This document shows positions 37,884 through 51,263 of a stretch of DNA of 64,000 bases, in pieces. Position 1 is the first letter of the stretch, and every line of letters starts with the position of its first letter. The position numbers and the translations under genes are program-made. A model generated the notes under the pieces. It saw only the letters and a list, made by a program, of their open reading frames with translations. It was not told where the DNA came from and ran no database searches. The stretch is from Mantamonas sphyraenae STR306 (lineage: Eukaryota > Protista > CRuMs). Location: contig JAPMXV010000019.1 of NCBI GenBank assembly GCA_026936335.1, positions 62,001 through 126,000 of the forward strand, in the 5' to 3' direction.

Positions 37884-40120
37884 TTACGCCAGGTAGCTGT
37901 ACTCGTTCCTGTTGTCCGTGCGCTCGATGTACTCCTTCTCAATCATGAGATCGATGCACTTGCGCATGACCTTGACATCGGGCTGGAATCGCTTCTGCAG
38001 CTGGCTGACAATCTCACCCAACAGCTGCTGGTGCTTCATCACCTTGCGCGCCTTCATGATGCGCACAATGGCAGCCTGGATGACCATCTTGCGCTCTTCC
38101 TCCCACTCCTTCCACGTGTCGTCCTCCTCCTTCTTCTGCACCGTCTTGATGGGGATGTTGATGCGCACACGCACCTTGGGCGAGCGGTAGCGTCCGTTCT
38201 TGGTGAACTTGGTGCCCTCGTCCACCTTGTCCCACTCGTCGGTGGCACGCAGCACCTTGGTTTTGGCCAGAGCCATCATGGTGGCCTTGAGCTGGATGTC
38301 GTTGATGCTGGTGGTCGCCTCCAGCTCCTTGTACGTCCACTCGTGCTTGTCGTTGAACAGCATCAACACAGCCATCTGGTGTGTCGTTGCCGTGAAGCGG
38401 AACTTCTTGGAGCCGTACTTGCCTTCGATCTCGCCGTTGGCATGGTTGTGCAGCCAGTTCAGCTTCTTGCCTGTGTTGTTCTCCCGGTAAAACTCCTCAA
38501 ACAGCTCCATGCACTGCTGCATCTGGGGCGGCGGGTTGAATGTGCTGGGTGCGTTCTGCAGCGGCCACGAGCCCATGGCAATCACCTGGATGTCAAACGA
38601 CAGCGCAAGGTCCGTGCCCGTGTTGGCCAGGTAGCTCTGGAACTCGTTGTTGATGTCTCGTGACACACCCACATCCTGGTACATGCGCTGCATCTTGCGT
38701 GTAAAGTCGTGACCCTGCACGGTGCGCAGGCGTGTGATCACCGTCGCCTCTGCCTCCATGTTGGCCGACAGGTTCTGGATCAGGCGTGTGCTCAGCTTCT
38801 TGGTGTAGAAGGTCTGGAACACGTCCTTGGCGTCGATGTACTTGAACAGGGTCATCAGTTGGTCGATGGCCGTCTCCAGCTCCTTGTCATCCATACGCTT
38901 GCGCATGATCTGGTCGGCGTAGTTGGCCATCAGCTGCGGCGTGCGTTTGTTTGTGCCGTGCTTCTCGCACACGGCGTTCTCGTTCATGTACGTGACGCAT
39001 GCACGGTCCAGCGACTGAGAGAAGCCCACCTCCTGCTGGAAGCCCGCCTTGACGAGGTCGTCAAACTTGGCGTGCACGTCGATCAGCACCTTGACGTACT
39101 GGCCGGCGTCCTTGTCCACCTCGTCCACCACAGCCTCGATCTTCGACTGGCCCACCTCCGTCACAAAGCGCTTGAAGATGTCGCGCAGGGGATCCAGACC
39201 GGCCGGGATGCGGTGAAGCAGGGAGAACATGCGGCTGAGGTCGTCAAACTTGTCGTCGCGAAGGAAGGCCTCAAACGTGCCCCACATGATGTCTGCCTGC
39301 GCCTCAATCAGCACCTTTTCCAGCTTGGCCACAAGCAGGCTCTCTGTGCTGGCGTGCATGAAGTTGCGGCAGCGCTGGAGTTCCACGTCAAAGATGCGCT
39401 CCACCTCCTTCATGTAGTCGGAGACGTTGTTGTGCTGCAGAAACTCCTGCGAGACCACACGGTAGTAGTCTTCGGTGTGTTCAGGAACGAGCTCTCAAAC
39501 AGGTCCTTGTACACTTCCAGGTTGGTCTCTTCGGGGTCCTTCTCGTCACGACCCAGCTGCACAAAGCTCTCGCACAGGTTGCGGATCACTTCGAAGCTGA
39601 TGTGTTCGCCGTTGCGGTCCTTCTGGATCTGCGTCATGGTGATCGACTCCAGGCGTTCGCGGAAGTGCTCAAACACCACCGCACGCCATGCAAAGATGCA
39701 CATGTGCTTGATCTCAAACACGCTGGTGTCGTTCTTGCGGGTGGGCAGGATGTAGTTGTTGTTCAGGTAGTGGTAGATGCCCTGCAGGTACTTTTGCGAC
39801 GTACGTGCAAACAACTCCCACTGGTCCGAGTAATACGTCAACAGTTGCTCGCCGGTGTAGTCCTTCGACTCCATCAGCACCTCCCGCACGTGTGTCTCAA
39901 TCAGTTCCTTCAACGACAGGTACAACTCCTCGCCAACCTGTCCTGCTCCTCCCTTGTTGATGCACCGGTTGTACACTGCCTGGTAGTGTGTCATCCACTC
40001 CATGCGGCTCAGGTTGTACTCTGCGTTGGTCAGCAGCGCCGTCGTTACCTCGCGCAGCTTCGGCCAGTCGCTCTCCAACCATTTGGAGTCGCTCATCTTG
40101 TTGTTCTTGCGCTTGCTCAT
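37884..40120 (-). CDS. CUL1: Cullin (Cullin-1-like)
   Basis: WM..Y..VYN.C, FKYI.AKDVFQ.FY.K.L..RL, KL.WL, and the Nedd8-site motif IQAAIVRIMK.RK; CID.MIEKEYIER; YSYLA end. A 1-nt frameshift near 39482. No introns. Confidence 0.93.
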
Positions 40121-40810
40121 GGCGCTCTACATTCCCACGCCAGCAGTCCATCGTACGTCCAACCACCGTGTCAGTGCCTTTCTCGGCTGTATGGCACATC
40201 TAGTGTGCCGTCTGTTATTGTGTGCACGTGCGAGTGTGTCCCCTGCGTGTGCTGTGGGCCTGTGTGCACGCCCTGGCGAGTTTGGCCCCCTTTTTCCCTC
40301 TCTCGCCCTCTGGCCTTTTGACACACACGTGTCCTCACAAGCACGCACGATGCGTACGGCCACATGCACATGCACCAACAGGGTCCAGCCTGCATCCACA
40401 CACAAGCTACACACGTGCCATCCAACGCAGCTTGCAAGGCCTGGGCCCAGCAGGCAAGTGCCGGGAATTCGTGGTAGAGCGGTTGATCCGCAAACCAGGC
40501 TCATGGACACGCGCATGACAGCACAAGGATCACACGCAATGGGGATGCAGGGGAGACACACATCGCTGTTTCTCTCTTGGCACTGGCGGTGTTCAACGTA
40601 CAGTCTTTCCACGTTCCTTGCGACGAGACATGGCTGCGACTGAGGTGATGGTTTTGGATGGGTGTGCAGGTGTCCAAATGCCGCCATGAGGAGACGACAG
40701 TGAGGGGGCATGGTGAGCTTGGGAGGGCGATGGAGGGAGAGGGTGCCACACAGAGCCCTCGAGTGAGCATGCATGAGTGCGCGTGTGAGTGCAAGCTGAA
40801 GAGAGAAGCC

Positions 40811-42665
40811 ATGTTTGCCCGTCGTGTTCCAAGTCGTCCCGTGCGCACACTGCTGCGCAGGAGCACACAGAGGGTGGTTGTGCAGCAGCAGCAGCATCAT
40901 CATCATCATCATCCATGGCAACCGGCAACGGCAGACATTGTGTCCGCACAATGCGTGCACACTGTGCAGATGACGAGACGGAGGGTCCTGAGTCAGGAAA
41001 CGCAGAGCAGGTCCTCACACGTTGCGTGGGCGAGTGTGGACAGTGTATGTGGCACACCCAGGGGCTGGGTGGTGCAGAGACACGAGTTGCACACTCAGGT
41101 GTGCCCTCTGCGTGGTCCCTCGAGACCTCGGCGCAACTTTAACCTGCGTCAGAACTTGGCCAACTGGCTGTCGCGCAGGAAGGAACAACGTAGCCTTCAG
41201 GCTCTGGAGGAGACCAAAACAGCCGAGTTGTTGCGTTCTCAGGAGGAGAGCAAGAGTGGGGCCAACCCACTGACCACGACGGACCCTCTGGAGGATTCAC
41301 CCAACCACTGGAAGGTGGCGGTGGTCGATGGCTCAGGCAAGATCTCCATTGAGTTTCTGGAGAAACGCACGGCGTCGCAGGTGTTGGGTGTGCAGTTGCG
41401 AGACCTGCGCTTGTTGGATCCCAAGAGTGGCTCGCGTTCGATTTCCAGCATCTACTTTCGAGGCAAGAGCACTGTGGTGAAGGCAGAGTATGTGCGTGCT
41501 GTCATCCAGGCCACAGATGAGCCCAAAGGGGAGGGTGACCATGCTGAGTCCGAGTCTGCCCGTGTGGTGCTGTTTGACGCAGAGAATGTCAATGTGCGGC
41601 GACTGGCTCGCGAACTCACCGTGTACTTGTCCCGTCGTGCCCATGGACGTCTGGAAGAAGGATCCCAGGTGTCCTTTCTGCCTGCCAATGCAGCGTACAC
41701 CGACACTGTGTTGGACATTGTGCTCCATCGCATCACGGCCGACTACGAAGGCCGCTACCACATTGTGAACCCTGTGGTGCAGGGTGTACTCCGACATTTG
41801 GCCCTGGCCGACGTCGACGCCGCCTTTATGCGGTTGTTGCCTATCAAGCGAGTGTTGGCCACCTTTACCACCAACCTCAGCGAGTTTCGAGGTGCGCTGA
41901 TTGCAGCGGGCGAGTATGTGGCGGCCATGCGTGCTGACGATGGCGTGGAGACAAACCAGATGCAGCTGATTGAGATGCACATGCGCAACGTGGAGGAACT
42001 CAACAATGAGCTCAACGAACTGGAGGAAAACATTGCCAGCACGCAGAAGGCGCTGTCCATCTCGCTCGATTCCACTCGCAACAAGCTCATGCGCCTCAAC
42101 ATCCAGCTTACCATCACCACCCTCGCCTTGGCCGCAGGTAGCCTCATTGCAGGCATCATGGGCATGAATCTGCCCCACGGCCTCGAGGAGGACCCCACAG
42201 CGTTTGCAACCGCCTTGCTGGGCATCGGTGTCGTCGGCGTCGGCCTCTATGGCATCGGTGCCTACTTCTACGTGCGAAGCTGGGCCACACCACACATCAT
42301 CAAGGATTCTGGGGCCATGGCCGAGTTTGTGAGTTGTGTGTGTGCGCGATGCCTCGCTTTGTTGTGCCCTGCTGACACCCATTTCACAGTATAACAACCT
42401 CAACTCGCCCTCGTTCATCAACCGACTGTCTCGCAGGAGCAACCAGGAAGACTTTGCCCGCTTCCTGACGGTGGTGGTGGGCAAACGTGTGCAGCAGGAC
42501 TGGGTGGACGAGATCTTCCAGGAGCACGACATTGATCTGGACGGCGAACTGAGCATGGAAGAATTTCTCGACGCCATCAAGAACGTGGACCCTTCCGTGG
42601 TCAACACACGTGGCCGCCTGACACGTGCGCAAGAAGCACTGCAGGTCGAGCACATTGATCACTGA
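40811..42665 (+). CDS. MRS2: MRS2/CorA-family Mg2+ channel with C-terminal EF-hand
   Basis: Arg-rich presequence; RDLRLLDP, LD..RN.L, GMN motif (IMGMNLP.GLEE) and two TMs. Intron 42329-42389. The last exon carries IFQEHDIDLDGELSMEEF. Confidence 0.88.
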
Positions 42666-42674
42666 ATAGCATTG

Positions 42675-42742
42675 AAATTTTGATTGAAGTTAGAATCAAG
42701 ACATATTGATCTGAAACATGATTTCCTCTTGAATCAAAATTT
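42675..42742. repeat. AT-rich inverted repeat (14/15 matching arms) between convergent genes
   Basis: aaattttgattgaag (42675-42689) versus cttgaatcaaaattt (42728-42742). Confidence 0.7.
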
Positions 42743-44316
42743 AAGCATAGAAACACTCTCACCAGTGGCCTGCTGGTCAAGGTCTTCGTAGTCGTCGTCT
42801 CCGCCCTCCGAGATGTCGATGTGTGCATCGCTGTCGACACCCAGGGCGTCTCGACTGTTGCTGGCGCTGACTGTCTCGCGTGCGCTGAGGGCAAAGACGT
42901 CGCGTTGCGCAAAGAGACCAAACACACCACCCGTGTACACGTAGAGGATGCGTGCTCCGTGCTCAAATTCCCCCTCGTTGATCTTTGTGATGAGGGCGTG
43001 GAAGGCCTTGCCGCCGTACACTGGATCCAGCAGGATGGACTCGAGGCGAGCCAGCTTCTTGATGGTGTCGATCTCCTCCTTGTACGGGATACCGTAGCCT
43101 TCGCCCGTGAAGCCGTCGATGATGGTGTAGACGCCTGGATCGATGTTTGTGCCATAGCTGTGTGCGGGGAGGGTGGGGGGGACGGCGGCGGTGCTTGTGT
43201 CAGTGTTTTGTGCGAAAGGAGAGCCGCTTGGGTGGTGGAGGGAGCCACGTACTGGTGATTAAAGTCGTTGACAATGCCGTCGACACGGTTGCGAAAGTAG
43301 CGCTTTGTCTGACAGACATTGACGCCCCAGATGGAGACATGGTCCTGCTGGAGCATGTGGCAGCCGAGAAGGACACCGGCAAGAGTGCCACCGGAGCCGA
43401 CGGGGACGACGATGTGATCGTAAGGGATCTTTCCGTTCTTGCCAATGAGCTCCTGGACCATATCGATGTAACCCCAGCAGCCGACGGCGCCACTGCCTCC
43501 CTCGGGGATGACAAGGGCACTCTTGCCCTGCTGCTCGTAGCGCAGGGCCAGGGCTTGCATGATTTCATCCCTGTCGTGCTGGTACTCCTCTGCAGTGACA
43601 TAGGTGATTTCCGGATCCACCATGAGCATCAGGAAGAAGTTTCCATCGATCCAGTCCTTGTGTGTGTCCTCCTCCTGCGGATCCTTCCCCTTCAGGGCTT
43701 CGTCCACCTCCTCCTGACTCACCACCACCTTTTCCTCCTCCTCAGTGCCCGACACAGACACCCCTGTCGAAGGGGAAGAAGAAGAAGAGGAGGAGGAGGA
43801 GGAGGAGGAGGATGTGTCCAACCCTGCCTTGTGAAGCTCTGTGTTGCCGCTGTTGGGCTTGCGGAGCACAAGGTGAGCCTGCAACCCAAGACGGGTGGCA
43901 CACAGGGCAGTGGCACGACAATGATTGGATTGCAATGCACCACATGTGATCACATGCGTCACCTTCTTGCGCTTTGCCACCTGCATAAAGTACTCCAGCT
44001 TGCGGATCTTGTTGCCACTCATCAGGCAGTCGGTTTTGTCGTCTCGTTTCACAAACCTACAGCGCATGGTTGTGTGGAAGGAGGGTATGGAGGAGACAAA
44101 GCGAGTGAGCGAGTGCATGTGTGTGTGTGTGTGTGTGTGTGTGAGGGGGGGGGGGTGCCTCACGTACAAAGTGGCAGGCAGTTGGCGGTTGTACTGAGTG
44201 AGCTCGTCCACCGGGGTTGGCAAACTGGCAATGTGTGCCTTGGGTGGTCGAAGATAGTTGATGAGATCATACTGCTTCTTCCCACCGCCATGGCGACGAC
44301 GTTGAGTGGAGAACAT
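42734..44316 (-). CDS. PLP-dependent D-cysteine desulfhydrase / ACC deaminase family enzyme
   Basis: LPTP, FVKRDD, SGNKIRKLEY, G.LQSNHCRATA, IPEGGS, GSGGT.AG, LDPVY.GK and TGG. Introns 44057-44167 and 43158-43252. Confidence 0.92.
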
Positions 44317-44474
44317 GCGATGGTGCGTGTGTCTTGGGTTTTGGGGGGTTCTTGGTTGGGTCGACGGGTCGAGTGTCGTCTTCATTGCATGGCATGTGCC
44401 CCAGAGCACACACTCATCACTCACTCACTCACGCTTTCATTCATCCAGACACAGGCCCCACACATTTCCCCCTC

Positions 44475-45354
44475 TCAGTCCTTGTTGACATTGAACAGGC
44501 GGACGTGGTGCATGACGGCGAGCTTGGGCACGCCGACGACTGCCAGGCACAGGGAGTTGAAGATGAACGACTTGACTGTGTATCGTCCTGCATGCATGGC
44601 ACAGATGTACAGGGCAAACATCACTCCCACAAAGAACTTCCTGTTGGGTGTGTTCTGTCGTCCATGGTCAATCTGCTCCCAGAACGTCTCGTTGGCTCCC
44701 TGGTCCCCTGCCACATTCGCCCACGGGGTGCCCTTGGCCCAGTGCAGCAACATGAATGTGCTCTGTGGGTGTGTGTGTGTGTGTGGGTGCGTGTGTGGGT
44801 GTCATCCAAATGCGTCACATGCGTGGTGTGTCAGTGGGGTGGCGGGGAAAACCCAAGGGACTTCCGTCTCGTGCATGCCTCCCGTGCCACCGTACACCCT
44901 CGACAGGCATGTGTCGCACGTGTACCCTCCCATGTGTCCATGACCATGACAGCCAGTGTCGTCCCATCCTGTTCCCACATGCCTGCCGACTCTGGTGAAT
45001 TGCCCCTCGCCACACGTGCCACATTCCAAATCCCGAAGCCACCACCTTTTCGCGCGTGGACTTGTTTCCCCGCCCCATGGACCACTTACCACTGTGTGAA
45101 CCACATGCACCACATTCCATGCCGTGGCCGAGTCAAAGAAGAAGCCCATGGCCAGGCGGAATCCCAGCACCATCATCACATAGGCGCTCCAGCTGCCCTT
45201 GCCCTCGATCGCCTCGATGTTGCGGTTGGAGAACGAGCCGTTCTGTGCATCAAGGGACACGTGGGCATTGGGGGATGTGTCAGATACAAGGTTGGGAATG
45301 GTACCATTGGGTAGGGAGTGTGTGTATGTGTGTGGGGGGGTGGGTGCATACCAT
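44475..45354 (-). CDS. ORMDL: ORM1-like (ORMDL) sphingolipid synthesis regulator
   Basis: KG.W..Y, AW..V, LHW.KGTP, DQG...TFWEQID.G.Q.TP.RKF, PKL..MH.VR.F..N. ATG-only first exon. Introns 45243-45351 and 44763-45089. Confidence 0.93.
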
Positions 45355-45414
45355 CTCGGAAGTCCTGTGCTTGCTGCTCTGGTCGAGCCAGCGCCCTTTG
45401 CCCCTTTGCCAAGA
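45355..45414. promoter_or_regulatory. 60-bp putative bidirectional promoter (ORMDL / CMC4-like) with central dyad
   Basis: Divergent ATGs; GCTCTGG-N5-CCAGCGC at 45376-45394. Confidence 0.5.
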
Positions 45415-45627
45415 ATGAGTTCATCGAAACCCAGCATGGCTGAAACCATGCTTAATCAGAGGGAGGCGGACACGGAGAAGAAGAGTCCCTGTCAGGATCT
45501 TGCCTGTGCGATTCAGGACTGCCTCGTCAAGAGAGATTACAACCAGAAGGCCTGCCAGAAGGAGATTGACGCCTATTTCGAGTGCACACAGAAGTATGAA
45601 CCTGATAAACCCAAGCAGAGGAGGTAG
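45415..45627 (+). CDS. Small twin-CX9C mitochondrial intermembrane-space protein (CMC4/MTCP1-like)
   Basis: PCQDLACAIQDCL...Y....C...I....EC pattern. Start could be 45415 or a downstream ATG. Confidence 0.75.
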   Translation: MSSSKPSMAETMLNQREADTEKKSPCQDLACAIQDCLVKRDYNQKACQKEIDAYFECTQKYEPDKPKQRR

Positions 45628-46003
45628 GATGGGGTTAGCGGGTGGGGGGTGGTGGTGTTGGGGGAGGGGAGAGTGTCGGAGGATTCCCAGGCTGAAGGCG
45701 GACGAAGAATGAAGCCATTGTCGGTGCCAGACACACACTCTCTCTTTCTCTTTCTCTTGCCTGTGTGACGTATCACTGTGTGCCACCCATTCCCCTATGT
45801 CGTTTGTGTGTGCTGTGGTTCTCTCTTGCGCAGGAGGGACCACGAGTGTGTGCCGGGGCCCGTTGCCCGCGGGAATCGTCACGCTCCTGGTTGGTATGTG
45901 GCCGCGGCTGAAGAGGTTGGTTGGTAAGAAGCGCATGCCAAAGGGAAGAAGAACAAGTGATGGATGATGGGTGGGGCGAGGGGCGCGGACCAAGGCACGC
46001 AAA

Positions 46004-47541
46004 ATGGAACTGGTGGCCGCCACTGCTGTTGAGGGGAACTTGGAGGAGTTGGCAAGAGTGCTTGGGGAAAGCGGCATGGATGTGAACATGACGGACAAGG
46101 AAGGGTGGACAGCGCTGGTGAAGGTTGCACACACAGGAAAGGTTGACGCCGCGCTTCTTCTTCTCCACTTTGGTGCCGAGGTGGACTTGAATGTGCGAGG
46201 GTTCACAAGCTTGATAGTGGCGGTTGAAGAAGGCCACGTGGAGATGGTTCGTGTGCTGCTGGATGCAGGGGCAGAGGTGGACCAGATCACCCCTGTGGGC
46301 TGGGTGCCACTGATACATGCGGCCCCGCGGGAACGCAGAAATGGCTGCCCTGCTGCTGGAACGGGGAGCCGATGTCAACCGCCGCACGGAATACGGCGAG
46401 ACGGCGCTGTTTCTGGCGGTGAGGGAGGGGCACACAGAAACAACCAGGGTGTTGTTGGCCCATGGCGCGGAAATCAACACCGTACTCCCGTCAGAGCTGG
46501 GCTCCATGCTGCATCTTGCGACCTTAGGTGGACATGTGGACGTTGTACAGATGCTGTTGGACCGGGGAGCGCAGGTGGACGCGACGATTGAGGACGGGTC
46601 GACGGCCATTCATGCCACTGCCACCGGAGGAGGACACGCAGCGGTTGCGGCGGTGTTGCTGGACAGGGGGGGCAGAGGTGGATGCCAAAGGCCCAAACGG
46701 CGAGACGACGTTGTTCCTTGCAGCACAGTATGGACAGAAAGCGTTGGTGAGGTTGTTGCTGGAGCGTCGGGCAGCTGTGGATGCCTGCATAGACCAAGGC
46801 TATGCGCCTCTGTTCGTTGCCTCTCAGAACGGACACCTAGACGTGGCTGCCATTCTGTTGGAACATGGTGCAGACGTCGAGGGGGTCGCACACGGGAGGT
46901 ACAGTGCCCTGTGGGCCGCTGTGTGTGCCGGGAACGCAGGCATGGTGGCGCTGCTGCTCGAGCACGGAGCAGATGTGAACAAAGTTGACGAAGAAGGGGT
47001 CACACTAGTGTACATGGGGGCACAGGACGGTTACGTGGATGTGATGAGGCATCTTGTGGAGTACGGGGCCGATGTGGGGAGGTGTGTGGATGGGTGCTCG
47101 CCATTGCTGATTGCTGTGGAAGAAGGGCACGTGGAAGCGACGAGGTTGCTGCTGGAAGCAGGCGTGGACGTTGAAACGAGATCACCAGAAGGGATGAATT
47201 CACTGATGGCGGCAGCGCGGAACGGAGATGTGGAGATGGTCGAGCTCCTGCTGGAATGGGGTGCAGAGGTGCTGGGGGCAAGTGAGATTGGCGTGACACC
47301 GCTGCACATGGCAGGTCTGGGTGGTGACACTGCCGTGGTACGGCTGTTTTTGAAACGAGGGGCCGATGTCCACCACATGGGCGACGGGAGCTCCTCAGCG
47401 CTTCACTTGGCCATGATATCTGGCAACCAGGACGTGGCGGAGTTGCTTGTGGATGCAGGTGCTGATCTGAATGCTACCACCACCATGGGTCTCAAAATCG
47501 AACAAGTGGCATCGTGGGTGGCGACCTGGTCGGCTGAGTAG
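46004..47541 (+). CDS. Ankyrin repeat protein (about 15 repeats)
   Basis: Repeated G.TAL..A...GH....LL..GA.V motifs across ORFs 45971, 46317 and 46528, joined by frameshifts near 46325 and 46668. Confidence 0.85.
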
Positions 47542-47795
47542 ATCAGATCGTCGCGGAAAGGCGGAGAGGCTGCGGTGAAGGTGGCGTGGATGTGAACCTG
47601 GTGGAGAAGGACGGGTGGGCGACGTGGGCGACTGTGGGCTGTAGGGCGTGATTTGAGTTGCCAGAAAAGGCATTGTATCGCTGTGCATACACATATAGAC
47701 ATGTGTATGCATTTGTTCATTACGTGCTCCTACTTTGTCACCCCCTACTTTGACAATTGAGTCTATCTTGCCCGAATGAGGCCAATTTCAGTTGA

Positions 47796-50044
47796 ATGAG
47801 CGGAGTCCGGCAGCGACCCAACGCAGCAGCAGCAGCAGCAACAGCGCCTGCAGATGAGGAGGAGGCCACCAAGGACATGAGACACTCCACACAAGAAGGA
47901 AACAAGGAGAAGGAAGAAGAGGAGGAGGGGGAGGAGGAGGAGGAGTACCTGCGTGTGGATGACCAGGGCTGGAGTCCTCCGTTTGTGACGGCGGTGTACC
48001 TGACGCTGGGCTTCCGTCTGCTGGCTGTGCTCTTCCTGCCCATCAGCGACTGTGACGAAACATACAACTATTGGGAACCCATGCACCAGTTCATCTATGG
48101 CCGTGGCTTCCAAACATGGGAGTACAGCCCTGTGTATGCCCTGCGTTCCTACCTGTACATCGCCCTGCACGCCGTTCCCGGCTGGCTCCTCTCCCTGGTC
48201 TACGAACCCCTCAATGTGTTCCACACCTCTCGCATGTTCATTGCCATCTTCTCATCCTATGTCGAGGGTGTCTTCTACCGTGCCGTTGTCCATCGCTTTG
48301 GCTCCAGAGTCGGTCTCTACACCCTCGGCTTCCTCCTCTGTTCCACAGGCATGAACCTCGCCAGCACTGGTATGTTGGTGTGTGTGTGTGTGTGTGTGTG
48401 ATCCCGTGACAGGGTACTACCACACAGTGTAGGAGAGAGAGAGTGTGTGTGTGTGTGTGTGTGCGTGTGTGACACTGTCCTTCCACGACTCACATGCCCC
48501 CCTTCCGTCCCTCCCCTTCCCCACTCCCAGCATTCCTGCCCTCCACCTTTGCCATGTGGGCAATGATGCTTGGGTATGGAGCATGGATGCGTCATCAACA
48601 CCACCTTGTGGTGCTGTGGGTGTGTGTTGCCGCCCTGATAGGCTGGCCCTTTGTCCTTGTCATGGCCCTCCCCATGGCTCTCCACACCCTTTGGGTCTGT
48701 GGTCTCATTCGACCCCTCCTCTGGTCTTTGGCGTCCATTCTCCTCTGCATGCTCCCGTCCCTAGCCCTGGACTATTGGATGTATGGCAAACCCGTGTGTG
48801 CCGTCTGCAACATCTTCCTCTACAATGCTGCCAATCTGTCGGGCAAGGGTGATGGGGGTGCTGCACTCTATGGCACTGAACCTTGGTCCTACTATCTGGC
48901 CAATCTCCTTCTCAACTTCAACCTCATCCTGCCCCTGGCGCTGGCTCTGCCTCTCGTGCCCCTCCTGGCCCCACCTGCCACACGGGATCCACGTGCAAAG
49001 GCCCTCATGCAGACCATGGACCTGTTTCTGTCCCCTGCCATCCTCTGGCTTCTGTTTATGACCCTTCTGGCACACAAGGAGGAACGTTTTCTGTTTCCCA
49101 TCTACCCGCAGCTGTGTCTCGCTGCTGCCTATGTTCTCTCTGCCCTCGCTGCACGTGCCGACCGTGTCTTTCGCGCCCTGGCTGCCTCCTCGTCCTCCTC
49201 TTCCACATCATCATCATCATCGTCATCATCATCATCATCATCGTCGTCATCGTCGGGGCCCAGGAACACCAAGCGGGACAACCTGGTGGAACGGACGAGC
49301 AGTGGACAGGCAGCACGAAAGGCAGCCAGGAAACGACGTGCGGAGGAACAGCGTCGCATTCGTGGGCTTGTGTTTGTGGCACAACCGTTCATTGGACGAA
49401 CACGAGTGCTTGTGGGAATGGTGTTTGTGCTTGCCTTCCTCCTGATGCTCTCACGCACCTCTGCCTTGGCCATCTACTACGGTGCACCCATGTCCACGTT
49501 CCGCACCCTCAGTGTGGATGTGTTGCGATCCGACCATTACCCGGGCTACCCCGTGGAGGGTCCCATTCGTGTCTGTGTGGGCAAGGAGTGGTACCGGTTC
49601 CCGTCCTCCTTCCACCTGCCCAGTGCCAGGGTCCACCTTGCCTTTCTCAAGTCGGGCTTCACTGGCCAATTGCCCCAACCCTACCCCGATGCACCCGCCC
49701 CCAATGCCACACGCATTGTCCAGACCGGCTTCAATGACATGAACCGCGAGGAACCGTCGCGCTATGTGCAGCCAGATACATGCCACTTTGTGGTTGACTT
49801 TGAGTTTGAGGGCATGTCTGAACAGGCGTTGAGTGCAAACAGTGAGGTGTGGAAGGTGGTGCACGACGAACCCTTCCTCGACGCCGCTCCCAGCAACCGA
49901 TGGCTGCGTGCCTTTTACGTCCCTTTCCTCAGCGAACTCAACGTCAAATGGGGCCGCTATGTCATCCTACAGAACACACGTCTCGTCTACTCGGATGTCA
50001 CACCTCCCGATCGTTCAGGTTGGCTGGGTCAACTCATCTGGTGA
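47796..50044 (+). CDS. ALG9: Alpha-1,2-mannosyltransferase ALG9 (GT22)
   Basis: ISDCDETYNYWEP, QTWEYSP.YALRSY, AFLPS, YGTEPW.YY..NL.LNFN, HKEERFLFPIYP, CVGKEWYRFPSSF. Intron 48370-48530. Confidence 0.96.
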
Positions 50045-50231
50045 TCATTGCACGCGATCCCGCTCCCACACAAAAAACTCGCAAAGGTTGGTTCCCCATC
50101 CTGCGTTTTCACCACCTCCCATAAAATACACACCCCATACCATCCATGGTCCCCGGTTCTGACCCCTTCATCACATCACATCACATCAAACCCCCCTTCC
50201 CCCTACCCCCTTCCCCGGAAACATCACAGAG

Positions 50232-51228
50232 ATGAGCTCCGCAGACAATCCCGAGACACAACTGTTGGCTGCGGCCGAAGAAGGGGATGTGAAGGCTGTG
50301 GAAGAGTGTCTGGCCACTGGGGCGTCGGTGTCTGCACTGGTCAATGGATCCAAGACGGCAGCACATGGTGCAGCCGAGCATGGCCACGCAGACGTCCTGC
50401 GTGTGCTCCTGGAACACGACGGTCCCCTGGACCCGCTCGACTACCAACGCTGCACTGCTCTCCAGCGAGCAGCTCAGTGCAGCCATGCAGAGGCTGTCCG
50501 TGTCCTCCTCTCCTACGGCGCAAACATCTACTACAAAGACCCCGAAGGCCGTGACGCGCTGGCCTTTGCTCTGTCCGCCGAAGACTCGGAAGAGAAGGAC
50601 GACACCGTGCGTACGTTTTCACCCCGCCCCACACGCCACACACACATTCCCTCGCTCCCATTACCCTTCCACACCCATTTCCCATGCCAGCAGCATACCC
50701 TCGTGCTTCCTGCGTTTGGCCTATGTCCCTGTACACGGCCCCAAGCGCCTTTTGAAAAGGGCGCCTTTGTGTCTCTCTGCAGCCCGCCCAACCAACGGCC
50801 AGCGCACCCCACTGCCCCCCCCCCACAAAAGACACCATGACCATGCGCCACTGCATGCCATCTCCACCCAGACCATGCCACAGCCCTTTGCCCACCTGTC
50901 CATGTCCACTATGCCCCATGCCCACCCCCATGCTCCGCGCCAACGCCTCCTTCCAGAGAGGGCTTTTTTCCTGATTCATCTCCGCCACCGCCTCTGCCGC
51001 TGACGCCCGAACAACGTTGCTGTGCATGCATCACTGGACTGCCCCATCCTCCCGTCACAGGTCTGCTCAAGGCATGCTACACAGAAGTCATGGAGGACAT
51101 GGCCCTGGTGGGCTTTGGAGTCAGCGACGCAAAGGTGCTGGGTTGGCTCAAGATCTATGTGCAACAGGTGCAGAACTTCAACAAGAAGACCGGCTGGATT
51201 CCCGTAAGTATTGTCATGTGTTTCTTCC

Positions 51229-51263
<35 letters not shown>

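Noticed and set aside
40460-40500. tRNA-like A/B box sequence in the CUL1-MRS2 gap
   Set aside because: No cloverleaf and no GTTCRA T-loop.
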